Shown here: positions 62,137-64,000 of the stretch, piece by piece
How the letters are laid out: every line of letters starts with the position of its first letter
How positions within the stretch are numbered: the first letter of the stretch is position 1
DNA from: Tubulanus polymorphus
Lineage: Eukaryota > Animalia > Nemertea
Assembly (NCBI RefSeq): GCF_964204645.1
Contig: NC_134032.1
Coordinates: 2,042,416 to 2,106,415, forward strand
Length of the DNA stretch: 64,000 nucleotides
Direction of reading: 5' to 3'
Notes under the pieces: generated by a model
Databases searched by the model: none
Told to the model about the DNA's origin: nothing
Seen by the model: only the letters and a program-made list of their open reading frames with translations
Translations under genes and position numbers: made by a program

Positions 62137-62866
62137 TGTGACGACCAGTAACGACGACTAAATCATGAATTTCATTCCATCCAACAGAATTCATTAATTG
62201 GCAAATTATTAATGTAATAAGATATCGACGTGCTGTGCTAATGGGCATGCAGGGAATCATGTATCAACACGCCTCACCTCAGTTCGACTTTGCCTACGAA
62301 TTCGATATTCCAATTATGAGTAACACATTCCTCACAATTATAAACGAGTATACTATCTGAAGATAACTTGTTCAACTTTAATGCCAGGTAGGGATTGCTT
62401 AGGTTCTCTTATCAGGAGTGTGGTTCTACGCTAAAATTGCTATAGCAAATATTGTTGGAAGATTTTTTAACTACTGACCTTCAATGGATTATTATTGTGT
62501 TTCCAGATATATCTTGGATTTAGCGTTGAGTTAGGCTCTCATTGTTAATAAAAATAAAGGTTGGTGAAATAAATTAACACCTCCATTGAAAAAATGGGGT
62601 CACCATAAAACTGGCCCCTAGCGCCAAAACGTTTTGCCATAGATAGGCACGACCACTTGCAAAGTAACCTTAAGGTTGTGAACTATAACTTCACCTCTGA
62701 CTTCAAACTGAAATCTCATTAACTTCGAGATGATAATGGTAATGATAGAGATAGGAATAACGATAAATCGGTATGATTACTATTTTGAGAAAGTCGCAGA
62801 AACTAATCAACATTAGAGAGAATCCCACAGTAGTAACGGAAAAACAAAGTCCAAAGACGTAACTGA

Positions 62867-63309
62867 AGCTAGTAGTTTATTCAACGTTTCGACTATATCC
62901 TAATAGTCATCTTCAGGAATACTGTATTCCTTGAGCTAGTGTTGTTTATTCAACGTTTCGACTATATGCTAATAGTCATCTTCAGGAAAACTGATGATGT
63001 CATCATTATAACCATTGATGAAACACTCTGAGTTCGTGTTGTAAAGATAAAATAAAATCCCTGCACACTAAGAATAAAAAGAGTCTGAAATGTTTCCTTG
63101 AGCTAGTGTAGTTTATTCAACGTTTCCACTATATCCTAATAGTCATCTTCAGGAATACTGATGTTGTCATCATTATAACCATTGATGAAACACTCTGAGT
63201 CCGTGTTGTAAAGATAATACAATCCCTGCACACTAAGAATAAAATGAGTCTGAAATGTTTCCTTGAGCTAGTGTCGTTTATTAAACGTTTCGACTATATC
63301 CTAATAGTC
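62867..63309 (-). repeat. Second, inverted array of the same hammerhead-bearing unit
   Basis: Reverse-complement motifs at 62878-62921, 62947-62990, 63114-63157 and partial 63279-63309; includes the same 69-bp short unit. Confidence 0.9.
62878..62921 (-). ncRNA. Minimal type I hammerhead ribozyme motif (intact - strand copy)
   Basis: Exact reverse complement of 52374-52417. Confidence 0.7.
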
Positions 63310-63419
63310 CCCATGTAAAAGTAACCCCTTCCGGGTATTCTAGCAACCGGCTTCAATTGAAGTGGAATTACGTCGCTGAAAAACACGGTATCAATTTCAA
63401 TGAATTTCTATTGATATTC

Positions 63420-63520
63420 CAAACAAATGAACATAGATTTTGTCCCATATGTGAATATCGCGAGCAGAACACAGACACGGACACAGAACATTTCTTCCTT
63501 GTTTCCTGTACATTTCACAT
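63420..63520 (+). mobile_element. Possible non-LTR retrotransposon ORF2 C-terminal remnant
   Basis: Translation RFCPICEY...DTEHFFLVSC resembles the CxxC..E.HF..C tail of LINE ORF2 proteins; short and isolated. Confidence 0.3.
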
Positions 63521-64000
63521 TGCATTGACATTCCGGCGCTCGACCAGTCATCTAGAGTGGATATAATTCGACTCGATGAGTTAAGAGAAGTTGAAATGTA
63601 TAATGATAATTCGACTATTCGGATATTTGAGTTCAGAACAGTTCATTGGAGTTTGTTTCAAAGGTGTCCCGTCCAGAGCTCAGACTTTTGATCGCGAATG
63701 AACGTTGTGAAAATCGCGAATCTGGTGAAATGATAAAATGTCTAACGTCTGGTGTGTCGTTCATTGTCGATTAAAAACATCTCAAGTGAAGTTCTGAATT
63801 CGTCCGCATTATCGACGGTCAGCATTTGAAATGTCTAATGTAGGGTGTTAGTAGTTCATCTTCAGTAAGAAATGTCCCAAGTCCTGAACCTAAGTGTGAA
63901 CGATCAGTTTATGGGAGTGTGCTGATGAATGGTCTGATATCTGAAGGTCATATTCAAATTTAATATGTCTCAGGTGAAGTGCTTAACATCATTGAATAGA

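Overview
Eukaryotic, intron-rich invertebrate DNA (probably a spiralian; this is inference). Protein-coding content: (1) a + strand multi-exon cytosolic carboxypeptidase 2/3-like (AGBL2/3) gene, 2532-26606, 5' end unresolved, hosting four intronless class A GPCRs in its introns (one same-strand; a tandem antisense triplet whose middle copy is a chimeric nonsense pseudogene); (2) a 6-exon gene invisible in the ORF track (29384-34027) for a secreted astacin-fold protein that has lost all three Zn-binding histidines and the catalytic Glu; (3) an intronless adenosine/GPR119-like GPCR; (4) a 3-exon, ~1938-aa GRL101-type receptor (CUB-like, C-type lectin, LDLa, LRR, 7TM). Non-coding highlights: two inverted tandem arrays of a ~167-bp unit carrying a minimal hammerhead-ribozyme motif (retrozyme-like) that bracket the GRL101-type gene; a 54-bp minisatellite made from an amplified splice acceptor that creates AG|GT sites; an old ~12-kb-span inverted duplication with a four-motif cassette present four times; a MITE with tRNA-like arms; and many MITEs, SINEs and satellites. 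All gene models were built by eye from GT/AG sites and phase continuity and need transcript confirmation.
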